From contig NMRA01000002.1 of assembly GCA_002633005.1 (NCBI GenBank), forward strand, positions 1,705,023-1,769,022: a DNA stretch of 64,000 bases, given 5' to 3'. The stretch comes from Phoronis australis. Lineage: Eukaryota > Animalia > Phoronida. Position 1 is the first letter of the stretch. Each line of letters opens with the position of its first letter. The position numbers were made by a program, and so were the translations under genes. Positions 24,215 to 38,186 of this stretch are shown piece after piece. The notes under the pieces are model-generated. The model was not told the DNA's origin, did not search any database, and worked only from the letters and a program-made list of their open reading frames with translations.

Positions 24215-26756
24215 CACTCTTGTGGGATGTAATTCGGCCGACTCCATTTGGTATGGACTGTGATTCTTTGTTAGTTTTTCGATATTCACAGGTCGATATG
24301 TTTATGCCAGTGTCGAGTGCTGGTGTAACTGCTTAATAATGACGTTCATTATTTTTCAAAATCTTTGTTTTGTTTTGAAGACTAACTTAGGTTGCAGTTG
24401 AGACCAATACAGTTTACCTCAATCGCACAGTTTATCGCCGGGGGTCATTTGCAAAGTTTGAATCAAAGTTACGAGCCTGTGTGAAATACGAATTCAAAGA
24501 AAAGAGAGCAACTATTAATGTCCTTTTGATGTATATTGATGATGAAATTAAGACCTTACCATATATTTTACGCCGTTGGTACCAAAACTCTACCTCTTCG
24601 AGTCGAACGAAAACAACTTTCTTGTCAAGCATCGACCGCACGCTTCCAAAACGGACCTTCTTGTCACGTGGCAGAAGTGTCTTGAACTTTCGGTTCAATA
24701 GGAACCACTGCAGTTTTATGACGTTTCAAACCGGCGTCTTTTGAAAGAAAGCGCAGGTTTAATGCCGGTAACATATACTATTTAATTATTCAAATCATTT
24801 TATAAAGCTTTCAGACTCAGCTGCTGGTTGCAGCTTATTAAAGATTATATTGTGCAATCGACTTTTTGGGGAGTTGGAGGTGTTTGTCGTAGGTTCAGTG
24901 ACGGATACCAGGGCCGGCACAAATCTTTTTGAGAAAGTTCAGTTTGTGTTGGTGACTGATTTAGTGATGAAATTAAGGTTAATCTGGTTTGCCAGCCAGA
25001 GAACCAAAGAAGGCGACTAGAATGGCATTATCAAAATGTCCAAACAAGAATTCTGTGATTTCGGGCTTGGCCGAAAGAACTTCAGTTACAGCTCTGCCTC
25101 CAGCTTCGAGCCTCAAGATGGCGCTGGTTGGTTTGGCCATTTGACTCGGCCGGCTTGGATGACCGCTGCCTTGGCGTCATTAAAACAAAGGGAGATTTTA
25201 ATTATATTCACAGGCGTTAATTGTTGGCTGCCATTTATGAAGCATAAGACATTGTTTTGGATATTGTTTGAAGTAAAAAGTTGTGGGTGCATTTATTTTC
25301 AATTCTTTGTTATTAATAGTATCATAGAAATTAATCGTTTTTGAATCAAAGTACAGTCAGCATTTTGCAATAATTTAGACGTAAATTGCTGCAAAATACT
25401 GTTAACTTTCAGAAAACTGCAGAAAATTTCAAAATTATATTACTTCTGACACATTTCAATTCCCATAACCAAGCCTCAAATGCTTTCGCTGGTTCCGTAC
25501 GTGCCTAGCCAGCACGCAGGTATCACGCAGTAACACGCACTTTAGCATTGGTTGGTGTAACCTCGGCAGTCATTGGTTAGCTTTACAACAACGTGAAAAA
25601 ATGGCGGACTGTGGACGATTTTTTAGCCTTGTCATGCAAGTGGCGTAGCAGCAACTATTTCGTTTCTGCAGTAATGTTTAATAGCCGCATGCTTGAAGCA
25701 CATAGCCTAAATGTACAATGAACACATATACGGTGCGGTGTTATTCATACTGTATGAATACAGGACATTATCGTAAACAAAAGTCATCGACAGTAGAAAG
25801 ATGCACTCCGAAAAGGCGCAACCACAATTTCTGGGATTTAGATTTCCTGAACATAAATTTTATATTGTAAGCACCGATTTGTGTGTACAACAGACCACAT
25901 TTACATCAGTCATGCCAGTTTGTTTGCGTAAAGCGCTGCCTGTTAGAATTTGACCAACCAATCAGAAACGACGGTGTAAAAAAATTCCCGAGGAAAATTA
26001 AGTGATACCTTAGTGCTGGCTACCGACCACCTAGCGCTTCGCAGGGAACCAGCGAGCAAATGCTCTGCTTCAGATGCAACTTGCTCGGGCTTGCCACGGC
26101 GACCATAGTCTCGAGCTCCGTGACAAGGTGCCATTTTGCAAGACCAAAAACATGAGTTCTCATCCGAGTAAGGATTGAACGCTTTTTATAATAAAATTGT
26201 CGTTAAAAGGTTTAAACGAAATACTTTACAGTGATGTTTCCTTCCTAACTTTCATTCTTAAATCGTAAATCGTAGGATCGGTGTTCTATTTCCATGCAAA
26301 CCAAGTCAGGCTGAAGAGGCCCTACAAGTCGGGCTGAAGAGGACCTAAGGATGTTGGAATGTTGGATAAACAGATTGGTGACCATGACATCTGCTGTTAA
26401 CAGCATGGTTGCAAAAACATCAAGTTAATCCTAATGCTTGGTCAATTTTGCGTGGATGGGCAATTTATTTCAAAGCGCTCATCACACCAGCAAGTCTCGA
26501 GTTTGGCAGGTAGAGAATCTACTGCACTAGGTACCAAATCCAGAAACAAACTTCTAACTCCTGTAGTTGTTTAGTTGTTTGGTATAGAAAAATGACTCGC
26601 CCTAGACCGACTGATCTGACTCAAACAACAAAGGATCTTAAAATCCGCGAGTTGCTACACATCAATATTAGCCGAAGGCTGGTGAAACGATAACTGCGCC
26701 ATCTATTTTCTAAGTTAGTGGAAACGCTTGACTGTGGTAGGTCTATTCTTGAGGAC

Positions 26757-27063
26757 CAGGTCCGGATCCAGGATTTTGAGTTGGGGGGGGGGGCAGGCCA
26801 TAGGAATAACCAGAATTTCGCCACATGCACACGCCCAGCCTAAAATGTAGGGATGCAGAGGTCTCGAATTTTTGGGTTTGTGGACCTTATTACTAAAAAA
26901 AAACGGTAAACGTGGTTTGCTCAAGGCCTATGCATTGTCCATTCGCCCCCTAGCTCCCCTGGGTTCGCGCATATGCTAGTCAGCAATTCGTATCCCGAAC
27001 TGCCAAATGGCGGTATCTGTGAGAATTTTAGGGGGGGGGCCATGCCCCCCAAATCCGCCACTG
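26757..27063. mobile_element. MITE with CAG..CGGAT TIRs and 5-bp TSD (hAT5-like)
   Basis: AGGAC|caggtccggatcc...aaatccgccactg|AGGAC. Confidence 0.75.
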
Positions 27064-27093
27064 AGGACTATTGCATTTCTTCTTGTTTGACTT

Positions 27094-28507
27094 CTTTCAC
27101 ATGTAGATTAGGCGTACCCGTGTACCTGGGAGTGTTCTCGTGCTCTATTCCTCACTTGAGCTTTTGGCATGATTGTAGAGAGATGTTTTGTACAACTTGC
27201 GATACGATTGACGCCCAGAACTTTCATGGATTGGCGTGCGTGTCATGAACAATAACTATGAATAAACGTCTATATCTAGTGCAACTTGTCGTTATGAAAT
27301 ATCCGCAACTACACCTTGGTGCAACAAACAGTTGGCTCACAGCAGGTAGTCACCAGTGTGGTGATTAATGTATTTTTCATATTGACGCTCTCTAGAGTAA
27401 TGAGAGCGCGAAAGCGACTTCCACTTGCTGCCGACTTCAGGGGACAGAAATTCAATTACCACACAGTGGTTCATTAATTTAAATGCAACGGAATAAATCC
27501 CACTGCCACTCCCTCCCGTTGTTTAATTACGTCAAGGTCACTAATTCATTTTAGCTTTTTGACATCGGTTTAGATCGAAATTCTTCCTCTTTATCAGTCG
27601 CAGCCCATCGTCTTCACAGCTGCGGATTCCAGTTTTTCGAAGTGGGAAATGTATGAGCATGACGTCCTTCATCCATGGACAAGAGGTTTCCGCGGGCCAT
27701 TAGAATACCCCACCGCAAATCAGTAGAATTTTACCGGCGTTATGGTAGCAGAAAAGGTGATGAAACACTGTTGAGAGATACCACTAGGCTGAAACCTACA
27801 NCTTTCACATGTAGATTAGGCGTACCCGTGTACCTGGGAGTGTTCTCGTGCTCTATTCCTCACTTGAGCTTTTGGCATGATTGTAGAGACATGTTTTGTA
27901 CAACTTGCGATACGATTGACGCCAAGAACTTTCATGGATTGGCGTGCGTGTCATGAACAATAACTATGAATAAACGTCTACTCTAGTGCAACTTGTCGTT
28001 ATGAAATATCCGCAACTACACCTTGCTGCAAAAAACAGTTGGCTCACAGCAGGTAGTCACCAGCGTGGTGATTAATGTACTTTTCATATTGACGCTCTCT
28101 AGAGTAATGAGAGCGCGAAAGCGACTTCCACTTGCTGCCGACTTCAGGGGACAGAAATTCAATTACCACACAGTGGTTCATTAATTTAAATGCAACGGAA
28201 TAAATCCCACTGCCACTCCCTCCCATTGTTTGATTAGGTCAAGGTCACTAATTCATTTTAGCTTTTTGACATCGGTTTAGATCGAAATTCTTCCTCTTTA
28301 TCAGTCGCAGCCCATCGTCTTCACAGCTGCGGATTCCAGTTTTTCGAAGTGGGAAATGTATGAGCATGACGTCCTTCATCCATGGACAAGAGGTTTCCGC
28401 GGGCCATTAGAATACCCCACCGCAAATCAGTAGAATTTTACCGGCGTTATGGTAGCAGAAAAGGTGATGAAACACTGTTGAGAGATACCACTAGGCTGAA
28501 ACCTACA
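27094..28507. repeat. About 707-bp direct duplication (27094-27800 / 27802-28507) around n; probable allelic assembly artefact
   Basis: The copies abut the n at 27801 and differ by scattered SNPs. Confidence 0.85.
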
Positions 28508-28741
28508 ATTCTCATTACATGAAACCTGTAGTAGGCCTGATCGCCGTCTGGAGGGCCTATATAGTGAAATTCAATACGGCGCGGGTACTTCGAAAATCAC
28601 GTGAGCTATTGCCAGTGATGTCTCAGTATGATGCCGAGTCGTTCTTTCTGAGGTTGATGTTTGACATGGCCAAGACTTAAACTTCTCCGTATTTTCATAA
28701 TCCTTTTAATTTCGATTTTAAACAGGTCTTTGCCTCCCAAT

Positions 28742-29184
28742 ATTTTCCGTAGATAAGCCCACCCGACAAAACGCCCATGGGCATTTATTCGGAAAATTAT
28801 GCCCTTGGACATTTATTTGGTGTTACAACTTCTGGTGTCAAGTGTCCAGATAGTGGGGCGTTTATTCGGAAAATGTCCTCTCAAAAGCTCATACAGCATC
28901 AACTTTTAGTCAGAAATTCAGTTTTGAGGAGCATTTATCATTTATATTTTAAAACGATCAAAGTGTTGGCGAACCCAGAAGGAATGTTTCACTTACAAAA
29001 ATACATATCGCTCTTCATGCTGGCGTTTGCTTAGCCAAAACTATGACTTTCCGTTTACAAGCTCCGAATAAACGCCCGGGCGTTTATTCGGAAAAGGAGC
29101 TTGTGAGGGGCGTTTATTTGGTATTACTAAAACGCCTGAAATTTTTTTCATTTTCAGAATACATGGGGTTATCTACGGAAAATT
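28742..29184. mobile_element. MITE (pogo/Tc1-like) with repeated subterminal motifs
   Basis: attttccgtagataagccc / ggggttatctacggaaaat; gggcgtttattcggaaaa-like motif repeated internally. Confidence 0.55.
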
Positions 29185-29790
29185 CCGATAGACTAGTTTC
29201 CTGCTCACGCAAGTGGACAAATAACTTTACGTGAGAAGAGGAAGGGGAATTCGAAATGACCTCTTTACTGCTAAGATGTGAAAAGTAGGATTATCTTCAG
29301 GGTTTCACTGTTAGTCCAGGGAATATTTTTGAGAATAGCACGAATTTTTACTAGTAGAGCGGTTAAGGACCAAAACTGACATTTCTTGATGAAAGCATGA
29401 AAACTGGTGTACTAACATGCTTATGAATATTAAACCAGTGGTATCACCATGGCAACTCATCAAATTTTGTATGACATTTTGTTTAGCATACATGGCCATG
29501 ATTTCTTAATTTAATTCATACATACGTAGCCACAAAGAGTTCATGTAAGAAATTTTCAACGAAGAAAGGTGATAGCAGTCATATTGTATTTCAAAATGGC
29601 CGCCGTAGTATCCTTGTAAGTATACTATACTTGCTGTAGTTTTTTATCTCTGAAGAGTCTAGTTATTATTTTTTAAAGTGCTCGAACAGGTCAATCAGAC
29701 GGAAAGGCAGTGCTGGGAACAGCATAACAATCAAACATCCGTATGGTGTAAGTCTTGTTGCGAAACTGGAACGAGGTAAACTTGCGCATC

Positions 29791-29946
29791 CAGTGGCGAA
29801 TTTAGAGGGGGCCAAAGGGGCCATGCCCCCCTTAAATTCTACCATATTCCATTTGGCAGTTCGGGAGTGCGATTGTCTTATGGGCAAAATCCTGGCCAAT
29901 AGTCTGCACTGGCCCCCTCTAACTCAAAACTCTGGATCCGCCCCTG
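29791..29946. mobile_element. Short MITE of the CAGTGGCG family
   Basis: cagtggcgaatttagagggggcc...ggccccctct...ggatccgcccctg; flanks gcatc/atatc form a decayed TSD. Confidence 0.65.
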
Positions 29947-30450
29947 ATATCTCACACCCACCATTAGATATGGCAACGACCAAATAATGTTCCCGAGTAT
30001 GTGTCTTGTTTCTGTTGCCTTCGAGGTACACTAACTCACCAACAGCGAGCGAATTGGTAGAAAGCGAACCATAGAAGTAGCGCTAGGAATATGGTTGCCA
30101 ATACGAGACTTGTTCTTAATGAGTGTCCCGACAAGTATGAACTATCGATAGCGGCGCAAGACGCCAGCGGCGAAAAAAGAGCTTATGATACCAGGAACAG
30201 GTGGGGTGGACTGCGGCTGAAACTGTGCAGGGACAGGCTGGACAGACTGACACGTGTGACAAACAAAAGAAACTGAGTCGACAGCTTTGTCCATATCTAT
30301 AGCAAAATGTAACGGTTGAACACACGTTTGGACTGGAAATGTGAAAGGTGGCCAAATCGGATGTTGAGAGCAGTCAGGAGTCTGTCAAGTACGGATCTTG
30401 GCATAACAATGCGATCTCTCGGTGGCTGACTTAACAACTAACACACAATC

Positions 30451-33400
30451 CAGGGCCGTAGGAAGCGCGGGGGGGGCACGACCCCCAAAAAATTTTCAGG
30501 CAACAGGGTTAAACCGACATACGCGTGGGGCGGGGACCGTCGAGAAAAGGAAGACTGCTAAATGGGGATAAGAGAGAAAACTCAAGAGAATATTTAACAA
30601 ATCAGTGCATGGTTCACCTCTGATGACTCTGGCTAGGACATTGTTGTTGGGGTCTCAGTCCGCTTTCGCAGCACAGGTCGTCTAAATGCACTTGGAAGCG
30701 TACACGTAATGATTCATGCATATATTTCGAAAAATCGAGAAAAGTTGCGGAGCAATTTACTGGATTTTTAAATTCAGCAAGTCACTTTTGCGACTGCGAA
30801 GCCATATTTTTCCAGAGGCCCCTCTCTGGCAAGGGATAACGGAGACAACAAGCTTTTTTCTCGAATTGTATTACACTTGAGAAAAAATGATGACAGAAAT
30901 CATCAATTGCTGCACATTTCTTGATTTTTGAAAATATAGATATTTTTACATAGAGGGGCCCCACGTCTGATGGAGGCTATTGATGACATTCAAATGGCCA
31001 CAGTTTTTACGTTTCTACTGTCGCATTCTTAAGGGCACGCTTACGGAGAGAGGACCCAATGTTGTACTCGATTACGTCTGTTTTCCTGTTTTTTGTGAAA
31101 TCGTGCAACCAACTTTCATGTTGAAGAAGGTCACTTCCTGCAACGTCGTCTGACCACACGACCGTGGAATGAACTGCCATTCTTTTCCAAGCTTAATGAT
31201 ATTTAGCTTTTCATAATTAAAGGAGAATGCCACCCGATTTATTTAGTCTTTTTTACTGTCTTAATCGGTCTATATCCTCATCACCTCGTATACGGTAGAT
31301 CTTACCTCGCCGAGATTAACCTGTGAGGAAGGCGAGTAAACAACGCAGCGACGTCAGTGGTTCTTCTGAGAATGAGTGCCGCTATGGTGTGAAGTATCGG
31401 CCCGCCTCCCTGCGATGAAAAACAGGTATATCGCTTTTTCGATTTCCCCGATAGCCCAAAATGCTTCAGAAGCGGCTCGCGGCAGTGAAGAATGAAAATT
31501 ACGCCATTAATAGCAAGTATGAGGCCGTAAAACATCTCCGTTGCGTGTCTGTGGTCGGCATTTCGTCGACAAGAAGGCGTTTCATTTGCGGAATTTCGTG
31601 GCAGCAAACGCAAGCGTCAATCATTTCCATTATCGTGCAGTTAGCACACTGACACCATGACAAGTCTTTTAAATGGTTTTCGGAACCATCCTGGGATTGC
31701 AAGTTGCCATGTTGACTATTATTATTGTGTGTTCTGTTTCAAAATCAATTATTCTCACCCTAACCGGCAATTCTATAAAACGGAAACGAAGCGTCAAAGC
31801 ATGTCTCATTAGAGACAATTTGTAACGCTTTTGCAGTGTCCGTGAATGCAAATGTTTTGACAAGGAAGCAATGAATAAGTCATTGCGTTCACCGGCTTTA
31901 GAAACAATCGAGCCAAATTACAATTCATGACCGTCGGGTTGCCGTGTGAGCGCATTTTAATCCAGTGTTTGCTGACAGAAAGCTGTTTTGAAACAATAAC
32001 TCGATATTATATGCTATGGTCAGATGTTAGGGGAATCTTTATTTAGATATAGTACATTATTCGAACCATTGTTATTGTACAACTTTTTCCCTGACGGTTC
32101 TGTGGAAATGGGAACCTGACTTGGCGGCCTCCGACGAGTAAGTAGATTTGCAGTTTCGCGGCTAATTCACCAAAATAATCTCGTAACGTGCACATGTTTT
32201 CTTTGGCTCACTAAAGGATAGTCTTTTCTTGAGTGGAAGTTTTGTTTCCAACTTTGGTTTATGTTCATGTCGTCTTCAGTCCGGCAGCGACGGGCCTGCC
32301 GCATCTGAGTTGCAAGCCACTGGCCGTCATAACAAGCGTTTTGTGTGTTAAGAACTGAAAAAATCGCAACTCTAAAATTACAACACATAGCTATGTTCTA
32401 ATGTCTGCATTTCACGGAAGACTGGTTCGAATTTATCACCAAACAGACTCCAAATTCCCGCGACCGATCTCCAGTGGTAAATTGGCCTACCGAACTTTGT
32501 AGGCCATGGTACCTTCAAACACCTATAAATCTGTAACAGCGAAGTAGAACAAAACGTATGACCGAGAACTCGATGAATTTGTAAGGGTTTTACATGGAAT
32601 TTGAATGATTATTGGTGTAGAACGATGAATTCAAGCAATAAGCTGACACCAGTAAGCGTGTGGTGAACTGCTGAGCAGACTGCGTTAGAACCTATGACGT
32701 CATTGGTTAATTTCAACACCGCCGTTTGCCGTCAGGTGTCAAGTAAAACAACCGAACTTACTGTTATTGAGTGGAACTACTCAATCTAAGATGATACAAA
32801 ATAGGTTATTTTTGGGTGGCATTCTCCTGTAAGGTGTCTCATTTCAGAAGGGACACTCTCTCGATGGAGCAGTTCGGAGAAATGTTCCTTCATCCCCCTG
32901 TACATGTTAATCTGACACTGTCAAGTATTAACGAGGGAATTTGTGATTCTAAATTCATCAAAAACATAAAACATTTATGCACAGCACAGCAGTATCAAGA
33001 CATTCGACCCAAACAACCAAAAATGAAAAAAGTAGGATTGACCGCCATCGAAAGGGGGTCAGGAATTTTAAAGAACGTGAAGACCGCTAGGACTATTTCC
33101 GATGGTTCAAATAAAAATGTTACTGTTTCCCATATTATCATCAGAATATTATCTCTTTTGAAGATGGTTACTATGAGTTGTTTGTAAAGAATTCCCAGAT
33201 GTGGAAAACACTGCTGTCGAGGCTACTGGGGTGATCGTGTACATGTCGAACGAGTGTACCCAAATCTCGCACTAATAAACAAATTAAACAACTATTTCAG
33301 CGTTTTTTTTAGGTCAAGTTAAACTCGTGAACCGTTACAGATACCTCGGAAAGATCAAAAATACACTTTACCTATGAATGCCCAATCTCCCATTTCCCCC

Positions 33401-34620
33401 CGGTTACCTATCAAAAATCGGCAAGCATGCCAGACCTGCGGAAATTGCTTATAACATCCCGTTTTAATAAACATATTCGTTGGTTTCTGATTCACATGTT
33501 TATGTATCTTCGAAAACCGACAGATGAATAGGTGATATTAGGCAATTAGATGCTAAATCTTTTTGAAATGATGACGATTCAGGATACTTAATTGAAACCT
33601 GAATATGGAAAAAACAATCCAATCCCCAAATAGTAAAGTGCACTTGGGCGCTTTTTGCCTAATGTAAAATAACTCTCAAAAACATTGATGAAATTTGGAC
33701 ACTTCCCAAAAAAATTTACTCACAATTCAAATGACAATGAATGTGTTGCTTTTTGGTACAAGATTGCTTGTTTAAAGTCACTAACAGGGGATCAAAAAGT
33801 AATTAAGTCATTAAATCAAGGTGATCGAATACGGGGTTCGTTCAGGGCTATGAATTGTGCATACGCTGAATTCTACCTTTTAAGTAGACTTTTTCTCGTT
33901 TTTCTGGGACTTTTTGTTTCTCTGAGGCGGACCTTTGTGCCCACTTTGCCATCGAGTCCACCCAGCCCCCCCCCCTAGGTGCGCGCATGCAGGGAGCACG
34001 TCATGACAGACACATCCACATTGAAAATAAGGTGTAAACATGCAATAGGCCTGCTTAGAATCTCAGTTACCCACGGGAACTGAATTTGAACTCCAGATGT
34101 TGAAGTGCGTAGATTTTTGGGACACACTCGGTATCATTTTCCCCAGCAACTAGAGACTGGACTACCGGCTGTGTTTCATCAAGGAATTCTGAAACGGCCA
34201 CAAAGGCACTCATACCAGGCACCTCGGGGCCTCACATTTCCAAAAACTACTTCAAGGAATGGCCACAATGAAATGAAGTTTTCCCGACACTGAATCATAA
34301 TAAAAGGAACCTTGACCTTCGACACAGCTGTAGTTATTTCAGGCAGCTCCCAGCTACCCGTCAGTGCGCTCGGGGCCTAGAGCCGTGCTCTCCCTGAATA
34401 TTTTTTGGTTCGCGGTTACACAAATCGTGATGGCTGCATCCCCGGTATTATCCCCACCTATGGCGGACGTGGGGGTGGGGTTCGTACAAATATGGTGAAA
34501 TGCAGAGAACGGGGGGGGGGGGGGNNNNNNGGGGGGGGTGACTAGATCAAGGGGGTAGGGTAGGTTGGCGAAGTGAAATTGGTTTGTGCCCCCCAATAAT
34601 TTTTCCTTCCTACGGGCCTG
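30451..34620. mobile_element. About 4.2-kb hAT-like element with 15-bp TIRs, hosting a nested Kolobok-like element
   Basis: cagggccgtaggaag at 30451 and cttcctacgggcctg ending at 34620, with G/C-run subterminal tracts; TSD imperfect (caatc/caaga). Confidence 0.55.
31221..32828. mobile_element. Kolobok-like deletion derivative with THAP and P2X7-C-terminal-like relics
   Basis: TTAA|AGGAGAATGCCACCC ... GGGTGGCATTCTCCT|gTAA (intact TTAA in the second copy at 36499). Plus-strand THAP relic GISLFRFP..KRLAAVK..RVCGRHF at 31425-31570; minus-strand WCQCANCTIMEMIDACVCCHEI at 31575-31702. Confidence 0.8.
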
Positions 34621-34624
34621 CAAG

Positions 34625-35357
34625 ACAATATCTTCTTATCAAATTTTCCAAGTTATATTTATAAAATTTTGCATAATAAATCACATGCGGTAAATATTTA
34701 TGACATCTTAGTACAGTCACTCCAAACAGCTTGTAAATATAAAAACAAGTGGTCATCTGTGATAGATATAAACGGTGTTATAAATAATCAAAATTTTGGT
34801 GACCCTGATACATGGTGGAGGAAAGTAAATAAACTCCTCTTGAATAGTACAAAATATACAAAGTTGCGTTGGTTTCAAAACCTTTTAATTCACAGAATAT
34901 TATCAACCAATAATTATTTGCATAAAATTAAAATAAAAACAAGTGATTTATGCTCTTTCAGTGGTGAACACAGTGACATTTTCTCCATCTGTTTTGGGAG
35001 TGTCGTCTTGTCTCCGGTTTCTGGCTCCTGTTTGCTGAGTGGTTAAAACAAACATATCATGTAAATTGTCAGGTGGACAAGATAACAGTGTTTTTTTGTT
35101 TTTTGGGAAACATTCAGTCGGAAAATTGTAACATTAATCTGTTGATCATGCTAGCAAAAAATATATATTTAGAAAAAAGTTTAAAAAAAAAATTCAATTT
35201 CCAAATGTTCATAAACTTTATTAAATTACATCTTGAAAGAAATACAGTACTTGTTGACTAGTGTTTTAATTTTATTCTTTGTAAATGGTGTATACTGTTT
35301 TGTTTTATGTAACATGTAATTATCAAGCTAAAGCAAAATAAAAATATGGAAAAAAAT
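34625..35357 (+). mobile_element. 5'-truncated L1/Tx1-type LINE 3' end (zf-RVT region), decayed
   Basis: TKLRWFQNLLIHRILSTNNYLHKIKIKTSDLCSF...HLFWECR-like segment, then INLLIMLAK; AATAAA and an A-rich tail; frameshifts. Confidence 0.75.
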
Positions 35358-38186
35358 TAGTTCATACATGCGTAACCACAAGGAGTTCATGTAAAAAATT
35401 TTCAACGAAGAAAGGTGATAGCAGTCATATTGCATTCCAAAATGGCCGCCGTAGTATACCATACTTGCTTTACTTTTTCATCTCAAAAGGTGACATTGTT
35501 GTCAAAACCTACAGACATGTAATCTAGACTGAAGAGTCTAGCTATTAATTTTTTTGAAACGCTGCAAACTATCAGCTGCAAGTACATTGGATTTCAGGAT
35601 GAGCAAACCAAAATGTGGGTTTTGTAAGGTCAAGGCCTAAAGAAAAAGACACTATTAGAAACTATTTTTTCGCCTTTTGCGAATAAAAATTGTCACAATA
35701 TATCCAAATGCAGTTGTATTATACAACCTAAATAAAATTTTAAAAATAACTGGCTTCGTTTACGTTTTTTATCACCTTTACTATTTGGCATTTTTAAAAC
35801 AGAAATGGCATCAGTTCCCCTAACTTTACTCAAAAAGAAAGAAAGATTCATCTTCTAGGCATTGACGACTGATTAGAAGATTGTTTGGCTGCGACCGNTG
35901 AGTGGAAGTTTTGTTTCCAACTTTGGTTTATGTTCATGTCGTCTTCAGTCCGGCAGCGACGGGCCTGCCGCATCTGAGTTGCAAGCCACTGGCCGTCATA
36001 ACAAGCGTTTTGTGTGTTAAGAACTGAAAAAATCGCAACTCTAAAATTACAACACATAGCTATGTTCTAATGTCTGCATTTCACGGAAGACTGATTCGAA
36101 TTTATCACCAAACAGACTCCAAATTCCCGCGACCGATCTCCAGTGGTAAATTGGCCTACCGAACTTTGTAGGCCATGGTACCTTCAAACACCTACAAATA
36201 TGTAACAGCGAAGTAAAACAAAACGTATGACAGAGAACTCGATGAATTTGTAAGGGTTTTACATCGAATTTGAATGATTCATTGGTGTAAAACGATGAAT
36301 TCAAGCAATGAGCTGACACCAGTAAGCGTGTGGTGAACTGCTGAGCAGACTGCGTTCGAACCTATGACGTCATTGGTTAATTTCAACACCGCCGTTTGCC
36401 GTCAGGTGTCAAGTAAAACAACCGAACTTACTGTTATTGAGTGGAACTACTCAATCTAAGATGATACAAAATAGGTTATTTTTGGGTGGCATTCTCCTTT
36501 AAGGTGTCTCATTTCAGAAGGGACCCTCTCTCGATGGAGCAGTTCGGAGAAATGTTCCTTCATCCCCCTGTACATGTAAATCTGACACTGTCAAGTATTA
36601 ACGAGGGAATTTGTGATTCTAAATTCATCAAAAACATAAAACATTCATGCACAGCACAGCAGTATCAAGACATTCGACCCAAACAACCAAAAAATGAAAA
36701 AAATAGGATTGACCGCCATCGAAAGGGGGTCAGGAATTTTAAAGAACTTGAAGACCGCTAGGACTATTTCCAATGGTTCAAATAAAAAATGTTACTGTTT
36801 CCCATGTTATCATCAGAATATTATCTCTTTTGAAGATGGTTACTATGAGTTGTTTGTAAGGATTTCCCAGATGTGGAAAACACTGCTGTCGAGGCTACTG
36901 GGGTGATCGTGTACATGTCAAACGAGTGTACCCAAATCTCGCAATAATAAACAAATTAAACAACTATTTCAGCGTTTTTTTTAGGTCAAGTTAAACTCGT
37001 GAACCGTTATAGATACCTCGGAAAGATCAAAAATACACTTTACCTATGAATGCCCAATCTCCCATTTCCCATTTCCCCCGGTTACCCATCAAAAATCTGC
37101 AAGCATGCTTGCGGAAATTGCTCATAACATCCCGTTTTGATAAACAAATTCGTTGGTTTCTGATTCACATGTTTATGTATCTTCGAAAACCGACAGGTGA
37201 ATAGGCGATATTAGGCAATTAGAAGCTAAATCTTTTTGAAATGATGACGATTCAGGATACTTAATTGAAACCTGAATATGGAAAAAACAATCCAATCCCC
37301 AAATAGTAAAGTGCACTTGGGCGCTTTTTGCCTATGTAAAATAACTCTCAAAAACATTGATGAAATTTGGACACTTCCCAAAAAAATTTACTCACAATTC
37401 AAATGACAATGAATGTGTTGCTTTTTGACTTCGGTACAAGATTGGTTGTTTAAAGTCACTAACAGGGGATCAAAAAGGAATTAAGTCATTAAATCAAGGT
37501 GAACGAATACGGGGTTCGTTCAGGGCTATGAATTGTGCATACGCTGAATTCTACCTTTTAAGTAGACTTTTTCTCGTTTTTCTGGGACTTTTTGTTTCTC
37601 TGAGGCGAACCTTTGTGCCCACTTTGCCATCGAGTCCACCCAGCCCCCCCCCCNGCGCATGTAGGGAGCACGTCATGACAGACACAGGCACATTAAAAAT
37701 GAGGTGTAAACATGCAGTAGGCCTGCTTAGAATCTCAGTTACCCACGGGAACTGAATTTGAACTCCAAACGTTGAAGTGCGTAGATTTTTGGGACACACT
37801 CGGTATCATTTTCCCCAGCAACTAGAGACTGGACTACCGCATGTGTTTCATCAAGGAATTCTGAAATGGCCACAAAGGCACTCATACCAGGCACCTCGGG
37901 GCCTCACATTTTCAAAAATTACTTCAAAGAATGGCCACAATGAAATGAAGCTTTCCCGAAACTGAATCATAATAAAAGGAACCTTGACCTTCGACCCAGC
38001 CGTAGTTAGTATTTCAGGCAGCTCCCAGCTACCCGTCCGTGCGCTCGGGGCCTAGAGCCGTGCTCTCCGTGAATCTTTTTTGGTTCGCGGTTACACAAAT
38101 CCTGATGGCTGCATCCCCGGTATTATCCCCACCTATGGCGGACGTGGGGGTGGGGTTCGGTACAAATATGGTGACATCCAGAAAAN

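Noticed and set aside
26322-26350. ggctgaagagg tandem and other CTGANGA hits as hammerhead ribozyme cores
   Set aside because: No stem II followed by GAAA and no closing stems could be built.
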